64,000 bases of DNA from a virus (lineage: Duplodnaviria > Caudoviricetes). Shown here piece after piece: positions 1-9,405 of the stretch (the first letter of the stretch is position 1; every line of letters begins with the position of its first letter). The notes under the pieces are model-generated. The model was not told the origin of the DNA. It ran no database searches and worked only from the letters and a program-made list of their open reading frames with translations. Both the position numbers and the translations under genes were made by a program. The stretch is taken from IMG/VR virus record IMGVR_UViG_3300026549_000029, positions 64,001 through 128,000 of that record; one strand, 5' to 3'.

Positions 1-1
1 T

Positions 2-862
2 AATTCTAATATTAAACTTATAATATTAGATGAAGCTTGGATGGTTCCAAGAAAGTTTAGAAAGTTTATTGATGATATAGGAATTAAGGTAATTGCTACT
101 GGAGATCCTGGTCAGTTACCACCTATTGCTGACGATCCTGGATATTTTGTAGATGGGGAAATTCATTATTTAACTGAGATTATGAGACAAGAGAGAGATT
201 CTGCTCTTGTACATATTGCTCATAGAGCAAGATATGGGTATCCTATAGATTATGGATTATATGGTAATGATGTATTAGTTATATTTGATACAGAATTAGA
301 TAATAATATTTTAATGAAAGCTAATATTATTTTATGTGGAAAGAACGATACTAGAGATATTTTAAATAGAAGAATAAGAAAAGATATTTTACATTTTTAC
401 AATGATACTCCTAATTATGGGGAAAGAGTAATATGCAGAAAAAATAATTGGGGAGTATTTATAGACGATATTCCTCTTGTAAATGGTTTAACAGGATTTG
501 TATTATCTCAACCTACAGTAGAGAAATATGATGGTAAAACTATAAAAATTGATTTTATGCCCGACTTATCTAATAATGCATTTATAGATTTACCTATAAA
601 TCGAAATTATATAAATGCAAGTAATAAAAAGGAAAGAGAATTTATAAAAAGAGATCCATACTTACAAGGAGAATTATTTGAATATGCTTATTCATCTACT
701 GTACATTTAGCACAAGGATCAGAATATAATTATGGTATATATTTTGAAGAGTATTTGGGACAACCTGGATGGTATCAAAATGCTTTAAATTATACAGCTA
801 TTACAAGATTTAGAAATAAACTTATTTATGTAAAACATAAACCTAAATATTGGAGTTTCTAA
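2..862 (+). CDS. RecD/Dda-like superfamily 1B helicase, 5'-truncated by the window
   Basis: The frame is open from base 2 and reads NSNIKLIILDEAWM (Walker B) before the track's ATG41. Motifs GDPGQLPP, LTEIMRQ, STVHLAQGSEY and YTAITR are present. Confidence 0.9.
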   Translation, partial: NSNIKLIILDEAWMVPRKFRKFIDDIGIKVIATGDPGQLPPIADDPGYFVDGEIHYLTEIMRQERDSALVHIAHRARYGYPIDYGLYGNDVLVIFDTELDNNILMKANIILCGKNDTRDILNRRIRKDILHFYNDTPNYGERVICRKNNWGVFIDDIPLVNGLTGFVLSQPTVEKYDGKTIKIDFMPDLSNNAFIDLPINRNYINASNKKEREFIKRDPYLQGELFEYAYSSTVHLAQGSEYNYGIYFEEYLGQPGWYQNALNYTAITRFRNKLIYVKHKPKYWSF

Positions 863-879
863 AATTTATTATTATAAGA

Positions 880-893
880 TATTATAATAATGA
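880..893 (+). promoter_or_regulatory. Putative phage early promoter TATTATA-N4-TGA (representative copy)
   Basis: Exact copies start at 880, 3540, 7914, 19077, 20138, 35775, 37000, 52496, 58945, 59704 and 61371. All are intergenic and upstream of + strand genes. Confidence 0.8.
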
Positions 894-908
894 AAGGAGA
901 GTAAAGTT

Positions 909-1307
909 ATGAAATATATTGTTGAAGTTAAGAATTTAACTACAAATGATTCATCAGGTATTCATACACAGACTAATTATATTAGAGAAATTAATGCTGG
1001 AGATTTTTACATTCATTTTAAGCATGAATTAAAACAAGTAGATGAAGATGGAAAAGAATATCCTATAACACTTTATTTATATAAAATTCTTAATATTGCA
1101 TATAATGCAAGTGATAATGTAGGAAATGTAAAATATTTTATTATTTATAAAAATATTTTATCTGGAGATACATATGCCAGAGATATAAAAGAGTTTTTAT
1201 CTCTTGTAGATAAAGAAAAATATCCTGAAATTAAATCTAAATTTAGATTTACTAAATGTGATGCTTTAGGAAATATAATTGAATGGTATAATAAAAAAGA
1301 GGAATAA
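909..1307 (+). CDS. DUF1653-like protein
   Basis: GDFYIHFK...LYKILNIA...YARDIKEFLSLVDKEKYP...RF pattern; AAGGAG RBS. Confidence 0.75.
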   Translation: MKYIVEVKNLTTNDSSGIHTQTNYIREINAGDFYIHFKHELKQVDEDGKEYPITLYLYKILNIAYNASDNVGNVKYFIIYKNILSGDTYARDIKEFLSLVDKEKYPEIKSKFRFTKCDALGNIIEWYNKKEE

Positions 1308-1310
1308 ATA

Positions 1311-1850
1311 ATGGAAGATCGAAGAAATCTACAAATATGGGATAATAATGGTAGAGTGGTTACAGATGATGATACATTAAATAATATTATTAGAAGTGTA
1401 GAAGATGAAGAAGATGCTGTACTTGGTGCAGTTATTCCTGCTGTAAGCTTTGAAGGAGAAAATCCTGACGAAAAAGTCTATTTATTATTATTATCAATAT
1501 ATGATACAAATAGTACTAGAGATGATATTATACGACATTGGGAAATTAAAGTAGGTAGACAAGCTACTTATGATACTCTTAAAGAATTAGTTAAATATGA
1601 AGCTATTGATCCTAATACTTCATTTATTATTGGTGGATCATCTATTAATGCTGATATTATTATTAATGGTAAAACAGAAGCTAGAGATAATATTAAATTT
1701 AATGATGTATCTCCTATAACAGTATTTAGATTTTTAAAAGCCATGAAAGAAAATCATAAAGTATTAGATGGTGATGATATGTTTAATATAGATGATTTTG
1801 AAAAAGAAGATGCTATTACTTTTGGAGATAAAACTATCTTTGAAATTTAA
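1311..1850 (+). CDS. hypothetical protein
   Basis: ORF with GAGGA RBS, in operon context. Confidence 0.8.
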   Translation: MEDRRNLQIWDNNGRVVTDDDTLNNIIRSVEDEEDAVLGAVIPAVSFEGENPDEKVYLLLLSIYDTNSTRDDIIRHWEIKVGRQATYDTLKELVKYEAIDPNTSFIIGGSSINADIIINGKTEARDNIKFNDVSPITVFRFLKAMKENHKVLDGDDMFNIDDFEKEDAITFGDKTIFEI

Positions 1851-1870
1851 TTAAAAAAGGAGAAAATAAA

Positions 1871-2914
1871 ATGACTGAATTTGATAACATTGAGTATGGA
1901 TTTAATTCATCTGGTGGAATTGTGGAAGAGCCTATTCCTTCACAGTTAGGAAGTCAGATTCTTATCAGACCAAAGTTTAATACTCTTATTGAGAATGGTA
2001 CAGAAGAGAATACAGATCATTCTGAGAAGAAATTTAATGGTCCTGTAACATCTAATCTTAATAAGGATACAACACCTTATGGATTTAATACTATTGTAAA
2101 TCAGCTTGATAATATTCCTAAGCCCGAAATGGCTGAAAATGTTTCTATGAATAAATTAGTAGAAAATGGAACTACTAATGAAGTAGTAAAATCTATGGGA
2201 TTAGATATGAATCCTTTAGTAAAAGATATTCCTACAGATAAAAGTGATCCTGAATTTGTAGGATTAAATTTTAATAATCTTGTCTCTGATTTTGTTCCTA
2301 ATTATGATAATAAATTTGGAGTACAAGCTATTCCATTAAATATGGATGCAAGTATGCTTCCTAAGCCTATTACTCCTGAAGATTTACATAACAATAAGGA
2401 TAATAAACCTAATAGAAGAATCAATAACTGGTTTACCAGAATTATTGATCAAAAAGGTGAAGACTATTTTACCTCTGGAAAGCTTACTATTGAAGAAGTA
2501 AGTAAGAATGCAGAACGTATTATTGATGATATGATTGCAGGAAAGGTTGACTATGATAAGTTTGGCCCTTATCTGATTCTTCCTGTAATTTTGGATACAT
2601 TAATCAATTATTGTTCTAACAAACTTGCAATTAATAGAGCTTTACAGTTCTCTTTAGGTTATATTTATAATGACTATATAGAGAGAGCAAACTTAGCAGA
2701 TGATCCTGAAAGATATAATATTCTTATTAGAATTGATGATTCTCTTATTAGAGATATCACTCAGTCTATTGCTATTGTCAATCAGGATATTGCTGTTTAT
2801 AGCATTCTCTTTAATAGACTTTCTTATGTAAATGCTACTAAGAATGCTAGTAATCTGTATAGTCTTATAAATGAATTAAATTCTTATAAGAAACAGATGA
2901 AAAAACGTTATTAA
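1871..2914 (+). CDS. hypothetical protein
   Basis: 347-aa ORF with AAGGAG RBS. Confidence 0.85.
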   Translation: MTEFDNIEYGFNSSGGIVEEPIPSQLGSQILIRPKFNTLIENGTEENTDHSEKKFNGPVTSNLNKDTTPYGFNTIVNQLDNIPKPEMAENVSMNKLVENGTTNEVVKSMGLDMNPLVKDIPTDKSDPEFVGLNFNNLVSDFVPNYDNKFGVQAIPLNMDASMLPKPITPEDLHNNKDNKPNRRINNWFTRIIDQKGEDYFTSGKLTIEEVSKNAERIIDDMIAGKVDYDKFGPYLILPVILDTLINYCSNKLAINRALQFSLGYIYNDYIERANLADDPERYNILIRIDDSLIRDITQSIAIVNQDIAVYSILFNRLSYVNATKNASNLYSLINELNSYKKQMKKRY

Positions 2915-2929
2915 AGGAGAAATCTGATT

Positions 2930-3427
2930 ATGAATAAAAGTGTAGTTTTAGCAAAACTTGAAGAATATAAAGATAGACCTATTGAATTGGGTCTTCTTGA
3001 TGTTAAAAGTATATATGGTAATATTGAAGGTCATTGGCTCTTTGATGGTGGGGATTGTCTCATTCATGTAGAGAAGAATGTTTCTAATGCTTCTTATGAG
3101 ATTCCTTCTATTACTCAGAGAGAAAAGCCTTTTGTTATGACTCATATTTATTATGATGATATTTCTTATATTAAGACTTATATTTCTCCTGGATCTGGAG
3201 AAATTGAGAATGATCTTAGATCTTTTACTCCTGTTGGTACAGAAAAGAGTAAAGATGATATTATTAAAGAACTTCAGGGAGATAGTGTACATAAAGCAGT
3301 TGGTCCTAGAAGTTTCCAGAATGTAGATAATGTAGCACCTGGTTCTTCTTATGGAACTTTTAAAGGTTCTGCTATTAGTACTACTATTGAAGGACTTCCT
3401 GAGTATTACAATAAACTTGTTGAATAA
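2930..3427 (+). CDS. hypothetical protein
   Basis: ORF with AAGGAG RBS. Confidence 0.85.
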   Translation: MNKSVVLAKLEEYKDRPIELGLLDVKSIYGNIEGHWLFDGGDCLIHVEKNVSNASYEIPSITQREKPFVMTHIYYDDISYIKTYISPGSGEIENDLRSFTPVGTEKSKDDIIKELQGDSVHKAVGPRSFQNVDNVAPGSSYGTFKGSAISTTIEGLPEYYNKLVE

Positions 3428-3630
3428 AAGTGGTATAATTTTAAATTAATTTTTAAACAGCACCTAACTAAATAATACGAAGGAATTAATAAAAATAATT
3501 CATTCGAAAAATCGAGTGTTAAAATTGATTTTGAGAATGTATTATAAATATGAATCGAAAGTTAAAATCTCACACATTAACTTAAGATTCAAAAAATATA
3601 CATATTTTAATCTCAAAGGAGGAAACAAAA

Positions 3631-4545
3631 ATGAACATGTATGGTAATGTATTTATGGGACCCGGTATGGTTCCGAATCAGTATCAGCAGAAGAAAACTC
3701 TTAACTGGCTTCCTGCTGAAGATTATGCACTTCTTCAGAAGGGACTTTCTCAGTTTAAGCTTTCTGTAACTAAAGAGGAGCTTGCAAAAGGTCAGTGTAA
3801 TCATTATGATCGTAATGGTAATCCTACACTGGTTCCTGATCCTGATGGGAGTGGTGGTTGCACCTGCACAACTTGTGGAACTCACTTCTATACTAAGGAC
3901 TTTACTTCTGAAGAAATTAAGAATGCTACTGATAATATTCTTGATATTCTGAATACCATTAAGATTATGTATCTGTCGATCGATCCTAATGCAGCTCTGG
4001 ATTATTTCCAGATTATTCCGTTTATCGAGAAGATTCCTGCTCTGTATAATATTGCTGTTCAGGATTTCAAGAGATATGAAGGTATTGATAGTTTCGTGCC
4101 TGGAGCAAATGGCTATAATGTAAATCCGTTCAATATCTATGCTATGATGACTCAGCCTGGTTGGGGAATGGTTCCTCCTCAGCAGCAGATGTATGGATAT
4201 AATTATCAGCAGCCTGGAATGATGCAGCCTAATATGGCTCCTCAGGGACAGCCTGTAGCTCCTCAGCAGCCTATGAATCCTGCTGGACAGCAGCAGATGT
4301 ATAGTTTCAATCCTAACATGAATGCTGGATTTGCTCAGCAGAATCCTCAGTTCAATCCTATCTATGGAGGTCAGGGAGCTTATCAGCCCCAGATGCAGGG
4401 ATTTAGCATGAATCCTGTTGGAGCAGCAGCTCCTCAGCAGGGGTATATGAATACTAATATGCCCAATGCTATGAATCCTACTGGACAGGCTCAGACTTCT
4501 CAGCCTGCAACTCCTGCTCAGACAGCTTCTAGTGAACAGAAGTAA
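3631..4545 (+). CDS. Putative Zn-binding protein (CxH...CxxC) with Q/P/M/N/G-rich low-complexity C-terminus
   Basis: GQCNH...CTCTTCG; the last ~130 aa are low complexity; strong AAGGAGG RBS, own promoter motif (3540) and terminator. Confidence 0.85.
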   Translation: MNMYGNVFMGPGMVPNQYQQKKTLNWLPAEDYALLQKGLSQFKLSVTKEELAKGQCNHYDRNGNPTLVPDPDGSGGCTCTTCGTHFYTKDFTSEEIKNATDNILDILNTIKIMYLSIDPNAALDYFQIIPFIEKIPALYNIAVQDFKRYEGIDSFVPGANGYNVNPFNIYAMMTQPGWGMVPPQQQMYGYNYQQPGMMQPNMAPQGQPVAPQQPMNPAGQQQMYSFNPNMNAGFAQQNPQFNPIYGGQGAYQPQMQGFSMNPVGAAAPQQGYMNTNMPNAMNPTGQAQTSQPATPAQTASSEQK

Positions 4546-4574
4546 TTAAGTAATTATTTGAGATTAGAATAAGT

Positions 4575-4602
4575 TAGGGGTGGAGGTAAATCTCCACCCC
4601 TA
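4575..4602 (+). terminator. Intrinsic terminator
   Basis: TAGGGGTGGAG-gtaaat-CTCCACCCCTA followed by a T-rich tract. Confidence 0.8.
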
Positions 4603-4783
4603 TATATTTTCATATTTTTTAATAATTACTATATTATAGGTTTTTACCTCAATATTAACCTCTAATTAATCTGAAATTAATAGACTGAGGATATTTAATT
4701 TTTAAATAAAGAAAAATTATAATTTTACTGTCTAGTAACTAATAAATGAAAGAATATTTTGTTAGAGAGGAGATTTCTATTTT

Positions 4784-5140
4784 ATGTTAGGAAATCCAAA
4801 TACTCAATTAGATGAAGAGATTATTTTATTTGGCAGTACTAATATGAGTAAAGATGATGTATTATCTATATTATAAGAAGAATGTTCTGAATTAATTCAT
4901 GCTATATCAAAATATAATAGAGCTAATGGAAAAGGAATACCTACTTGGTGTTCTAAAGAAGAAGCATATTATAATTTAATTCAAGAATTTACTGATGTTA
5001 TGATTGATTTAAATCAATTAGCAAGAATGATGAATTGGAATGAAGAAACTTTTAAACCTTATAAAATGAAAGCTCATATTGATATTATTAAAAGATATGA
5101 AGAAAGTATACTTGGAGAAAATCGTTGGAGGAAATCATAA
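4784..5140 (+). pseudogene. MazG-like nucleotide pyrophosphatase interrupted by an in-frame TAA
   Basis: GAGGAG RBS and ATG4784; reads ...VLSIL*EECSELIHAISK...NLIQEFTDVMI...RKS*. The stop at 4874-4876 lies just before the EExxE motif. Not in the ORF track. Confidence 0.7.
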
Positions 5141-5146
5141 ATAAAA

Positions 5147-6706
5147 ATGCCAAAAGATAAATCTAAAATAGCACAACATGGCTTGTCAGAAGAACAGATT
5201 AAAGTAATTGATAATTATAAAAATGAAATTAAACATATAGAAGGTACAATCAATGCAGTAAGAGCTAAGATAGGTATGTATCTTGGAGCTATGCATGATC
5301 AAGGATGGCTAAATGGATTTAGAGAGATATTTCAAAACTCTATTGATCAGGTAATTAATCCAGATTCTCCTTGTAATTTTGTATCAGTATTATATGATGA
5401 AAGAACATATAAATTTGCTGTACAAGATAATGGTATGGGAATTCCTTTTGATATGATTATTCAGATATATACAGAAGGACATACTGGACGAAATCTTACT
5501 AAAAGTAAAAAAGGAGATTATACTGCAGGAACTAATGGTATAGGTGCTAAAGTAACAAATGCAGTATCAGCATATTTTGATGTAATGTCTTATAGATATG
5601 ATGGTACATGCATGCATGTTAGATTTGAAAAAGGTAAATTAAAGAAACAAGAATTATTACCTAATAAGGAATTATTTCAAGGTACTAGAGTAGAATGTGA
5701 ACCTGATCATACTGTATTAGGAGAAACTCCATTAGATCCAGGCAGGGTGTATTTATTAGTAAGAGATACTTTATCTTTATTACCTATTGGAACTAAGATA
5801 GATTATACCAGTATTAATAAAAAAGGTAAAGTTTATCATGAATTAATGGTAAATGAAGATGGTATCATGACTAATATTATTGGTAAAAGTTCAGCTATGC
5901 TGATTGCACCAATTAATATTTATAATGATACTGGAGAAATGAAACTTGAAATGTCTTTTACATTTGATCAGCAGGATTTGGGTGGGGAAGATATTACAGC
6001 TTATGCTAATATGTGTCCTACAAGTACAGAAGCTAATAGAAATACTCATGTTGGTGGAGTATTAGATGGAATTTGTACTTGGTTCTGCAATTATATGAAT
6101 AAGACATTTCTAACAGATAAAGAAAAAGTTAAAATTAGAATAATGCCAAGTGATGTTAAAACTGGATTAAAAGTGATGATATCAGCTTGGGCATTAGAGC
6201 CTATTTTTACAGGACAAGCTAAAGAAATATTTTCTAATATAGAATATAAAGCTTATGCTAAATCTGTAGTAATGAATGCTTTAGATGAATGGGCTAAAGC
6301 TAAACCTCAAGATTTATTAAAATGCTGTAAATTTATTAAAGATATAGCAAATGTTAGAATAAAAACTGATTCTGAAAAAATTAAAGTTACAGCTAAATAT
6401 GAAACTTCTGCAACTAGTGGATTACCTGCTAAATATTTAAAACCAACTTCTAAAGATTATAAAAATACAGAATTGTTTATAGTAGAAGGAGATTCAGCAT
6501 TAGAGACTGCTAGAAATGCAAGAGATGTTAAAACCCAAGGAGTATTTCCTATTAGAGGTAAAATATTAAATGTATTTCAAGCAACTCCACAAAAAATTGC
6601 AGCTAATGTAGAAATAGCTTCTATTATACAGATCTTAGGAGCTGGATATGGTAAGAATTTTGACATAAATAAGTTAAAAGTAGGTAGAATTCTGTTATTA
6701 TCGGAT
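5147..6706 (+). CDS. gyrB: DNA gyrase/type IIA topoisomerase subunit B, exon 1
   Basis: GHKL motifs EIFQNSID, DNGMGIP, GTNGIG; TOPRIM motifs VEGDSA and PIRGKILN; ends ...RILLLSD at the intron. Confidence 0.93.
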
Positions 6707-7059
6707 GAATAAAAATGCGTCCGTAGATGCTTTTCCCAAAACCATGGGGGTTAGATATAATCTAGCTAACGGTAAGAGCTGAATAAGACTAATACATGAA
6801 GCCAAAAGAGATATGTATGTACTAACAAAAGACGAAGCAGCTCTCTAAGAAAGCCTAAGGTCCAGAAATGGATAGCTGGTAATACCGTGTGAAATTTTTA
6901 TTAATTAAATTAATAAGAAAAACATGTAACGACTATTCCTATATAGGAAGTACAGATATTATTGGTACATATCTGGAAAGAGCATCCTAGTTATTTTTAT
7001 AACTAGTAAAATATAGTCTAAGCCCTAATTAAATATCGAGAAATCGAGGGTACTAACTA
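6707..7059 (+). ncRNA. Group I intron (no ORF, 353 nt) in gyrB
   Basis: P1 CGGAU/GUCCG with U6706.G6719 wobble; P3 GAUGCUUUUCC/GGAAAGAGCAUC; P7 GACUA (6931-35)/UAGUC (7014-18). Removal restores the TOPRIM motif SD|ADSDGAHI in frame. Confidence 0.92.
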
Positions 7060-7896
7060 GCAGATTCAGATGGCGCACATATTTGCGACTTACTTTTATT
7101 AGTATTTCTTAAAATGTTCCCAGGTTTAGTTGAATCTGGTAAGGTTTATAAAGCTGTACCTCCTCTTTATGGTATTCCTTCTAAGAATAAAATGCAATAT
7201 TTTTCAGAGAGAATAGACTTTGTTAGATATATGCAGAAGGAATATTATAAGAAAAATACTGTTACTGATATTAAAGGTAAAGCTATAGACTCTAGTACAT
7301 TCTCTAGATTACTTATAGAGAATTCTGATTATATTTATGATTTTTCTATGATATCTGAAAGATATAAATTAAATCCTATGCTTCTTGAGATAGTACTTAC
7401 TTCATATATTGCAAAAGAAAGATTTGAAACTCTTAGAAAGAGGATTACATCTGAATTTAGATTTATGGAGAATAAGAATATTGAGAAGAGAGGATCTACT
7501 ATATTTATTAAAGGATTAATAAATGATAGAATAGAGACACTGTTTTATAATGATAGATTTATAAAAGATTGTGAACCTCTAATTGAACCTATAAGAAGAG
7601 CTATGTCTCAGAATCATATGCTATTTAAAGTGAATGGTAAAAAAGTAGGATTATATGAATTAGTATCTACTGCTATGGCATCATTAGGATCTATTAATAG
7701 ATATAAAGGTCTTGGTGAAATGAATGACTGGCAGTTAAGAGATTCTACTATGGATCCAAATACTAGAACTGTAATTCAATATACTATTGAAGATATTAAT
7801 GAAACTATGAAAATTATTAGACAATATGATTCTAATAAGAAAATGATTCTTCAAAAGATAGGTTCTGTAGATAGAGGAGATTTAATTGGATTATAA
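7060..7896 (+). CDS. gyrB: Gyrase subunit B, exon 2 (spliced product 798 aa)
   Basis: ADSDGAHICDLLL...PPLY...RYKGLGEMN; in frame with track ORF 7114. Confidence 0.92.
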   Translation, partial: ADSDGAHICDLLLLVFLKMFPGLVESGKVYKAVPPLYGIPSKNKMQYFSERIDFVRYMQKEYYKKNTVTDIKGKAIDSSTFSRLLIENSDYIYDFSMISERYKLNPMLLEIVLTSYIAKERFETLRKRITSEFRFMENKNIEKRGSTIFIKGLINDRIETLFYNDRFIKDCEPLIEPIRRAMSQNHMLFKVNGKKVGLYELVSTAMASLGSINRYKGLGEMNDWQLRDSTMDPNTRTVIQYTIEDINETMKIIRQYDSNKKMILQKIGSVDRGDLIGL

Positions 7897-7990
7897 AGAC
7901 TAATTAAATTAGATATTATAAACTTGATAAATATATGGGGCTTATATATTAATATAAGCCCCTCTCTAATCTAAAAGGAGAAAATGAAAA

Positions 7991-8512
7991 ATGTTGGTAG
8001 AATATAAAGTAAAAGAATTTGATAAACTTATTATCACAGATTTTAATGCTGATATTATTAGAATTGCTAAAGATGTAGTTAAAAGAAACATATTTGTTGA
8101 AGGAAATCCTCCTGAGAATTACATTATCACTATTTCTCTGAGAGATAAAGGTAAAGTTAGATATAACTTGAATTTCTTAAATAATACTGATAATACTTCA
8201 CCTCTATATTGCTTTGATTTTAATGTGAATATTATTGATGATAATAAAGAAATCTTTGGTAATATAAGAATTGATTCAAATGGAATGCTTAAAGAATATA
8301 ATGCTTCTCTTGAAGAAAATGAGGGTGAATCTAAAATAGATCCTATTATTATGGATTTAATTACTAAAAAGAAAGATGAATACTGTTTAGATATTAATAG
8401 CAAAAATCCTGTATCTGTAAATGATGGATTACTTAAGTTTTATGATAATGAAGCTAAGATCTCCGTTATTCAAGATCTTAAGAATAAGTTTAATAATAAG
8501 GAGAGTACTTAA
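7991..8512 (+). CDS. hypothetical protein
   Basis: AAGGAG RBS; follows promoter motif at 7914. Confidence 0.8.
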   Translation: MLVEYKVKEFDKLIITDFNADIIRIAKDVVKRNIFVEGNPPENYIITISLRDKGKVRYNLNFLNNTDNTSPLYCFDFNVNIIDDNKEIFGNIRIDSNGMLKEYNASLEENEGESKIDPIIMDLITKKKDEYCLDINSKNPVSVNDGLLKFYDNEAKISVIQDLKNKFNNKEST

Positions 8513-8514
8513 TA

Positions 8515-9000
8515 ATGGATGCGAATAAGATCAATTTAGATTCTGGATCTTTAAAGGTTTGTACTTATAAAAAAGAAGGTATTACTCCTGAAACTAGAGT
8601 AAGACCTGTTATTTATGATATTTATAATCATTCTGATTATGAAGGAAATATTAATCTTATTATGAAAGCTTCTATTAAAGAAGGACATAGTATTGAAGAT
8701 CTTCTTAAAGAATATATTAAAAAAGAATATGATAAAGAATCTTTAGTTATTGTAATTGCAGGAACTTTATCTGCTATTCCTGAAGCTGGATCTATACTAG
8801 AAGGGTTAGATGGTATTAGAATTGAAAAAGAACATCTTTACAAAGCTGATTTCTGGAATATTCTGTTTAATCCTATTGCTACAAAGTCTTCTAGTAATTC
8901 TGATATCTGTATTTATATTGATAATTTCTCTGATGAAAATTTTATTAAGAAAAATATTGGTACTATTGAAGAAGGAAAACTTATTAAGATTCTTAAATAA
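8515..9000 (+). CDS. hypothetical protein
   Basis: AAGGAG RBS; coupled to the previous gene. Confidence 0.8.
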   Translation: MDANKINLDSGSLKVCTYKKEGITPETRVRPVIYDIYNHSDYEGNINLIMKASIKEGHSIEDLLKEYIKKEYDKESLVIVIAGTLSAIPEAGSILEGLDGIRIEKEHLYKADFWNILFNPIATKSSSNSDICIYIDNFSDENFIKKNIGTIEEGKLIKILK

Positions 9001-9020
9001 TATAAAGGAGAAAATAAATT

Positions 9021-9389
9021 ATGGAAAATGAGAATATTAAAGTTGTAAAAGAAAATAAGAATGAAATCAATAATGAAGAACAGTCTGCTACTAGTGCTGC
9101 ACCTAATCGGGTTATTCATAATATTACTGTTGAAGTAGCTAAAGGTGGTTGGTATCATGATATCTTTGTAGCAGAAAATTTTAAGATTACTAGAGATGAT
9201 GGAGAAGTAATCGATTTTAAAGCTGATACTGTAGAAAATGGTTTAGTGATTCCTATGTTTAAACCCGATGGAACTCCTTATTATCAGCTTATTGATTTTG
9301 AAACTCTTGATTATATTATTGAACAGTTTTTCCAGACTAGAATTTTTAAGGATAGAATGATGATGGTTCCTCCTCTTCCTATTAAGTAA
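9021..9389 (+). CDS. hypothetical protein
   Basis: AAGGAG RBS. Confidence 0.8.
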   Translation: MENENIKVVKENKNEINNEEQSATSAAPNRVIHNITVEVAKGGWYHDIFVAENFKITRDDGEVIDFKADTVENGLVIPMFKPDGTPYYQLIDFETLDYIIEQFFQTRIFKDRMMMVPPLPIK

Positions 9390-9405
9390 GAGAGGTATTT
9401 CTATA

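Noticed and set aside
5147-7896. gyrB as two separate genes, a frameshift or an intein
   Set aside because: The gap contains stops and a full group I core, and its removal restores the TOPRIM motif exactly.
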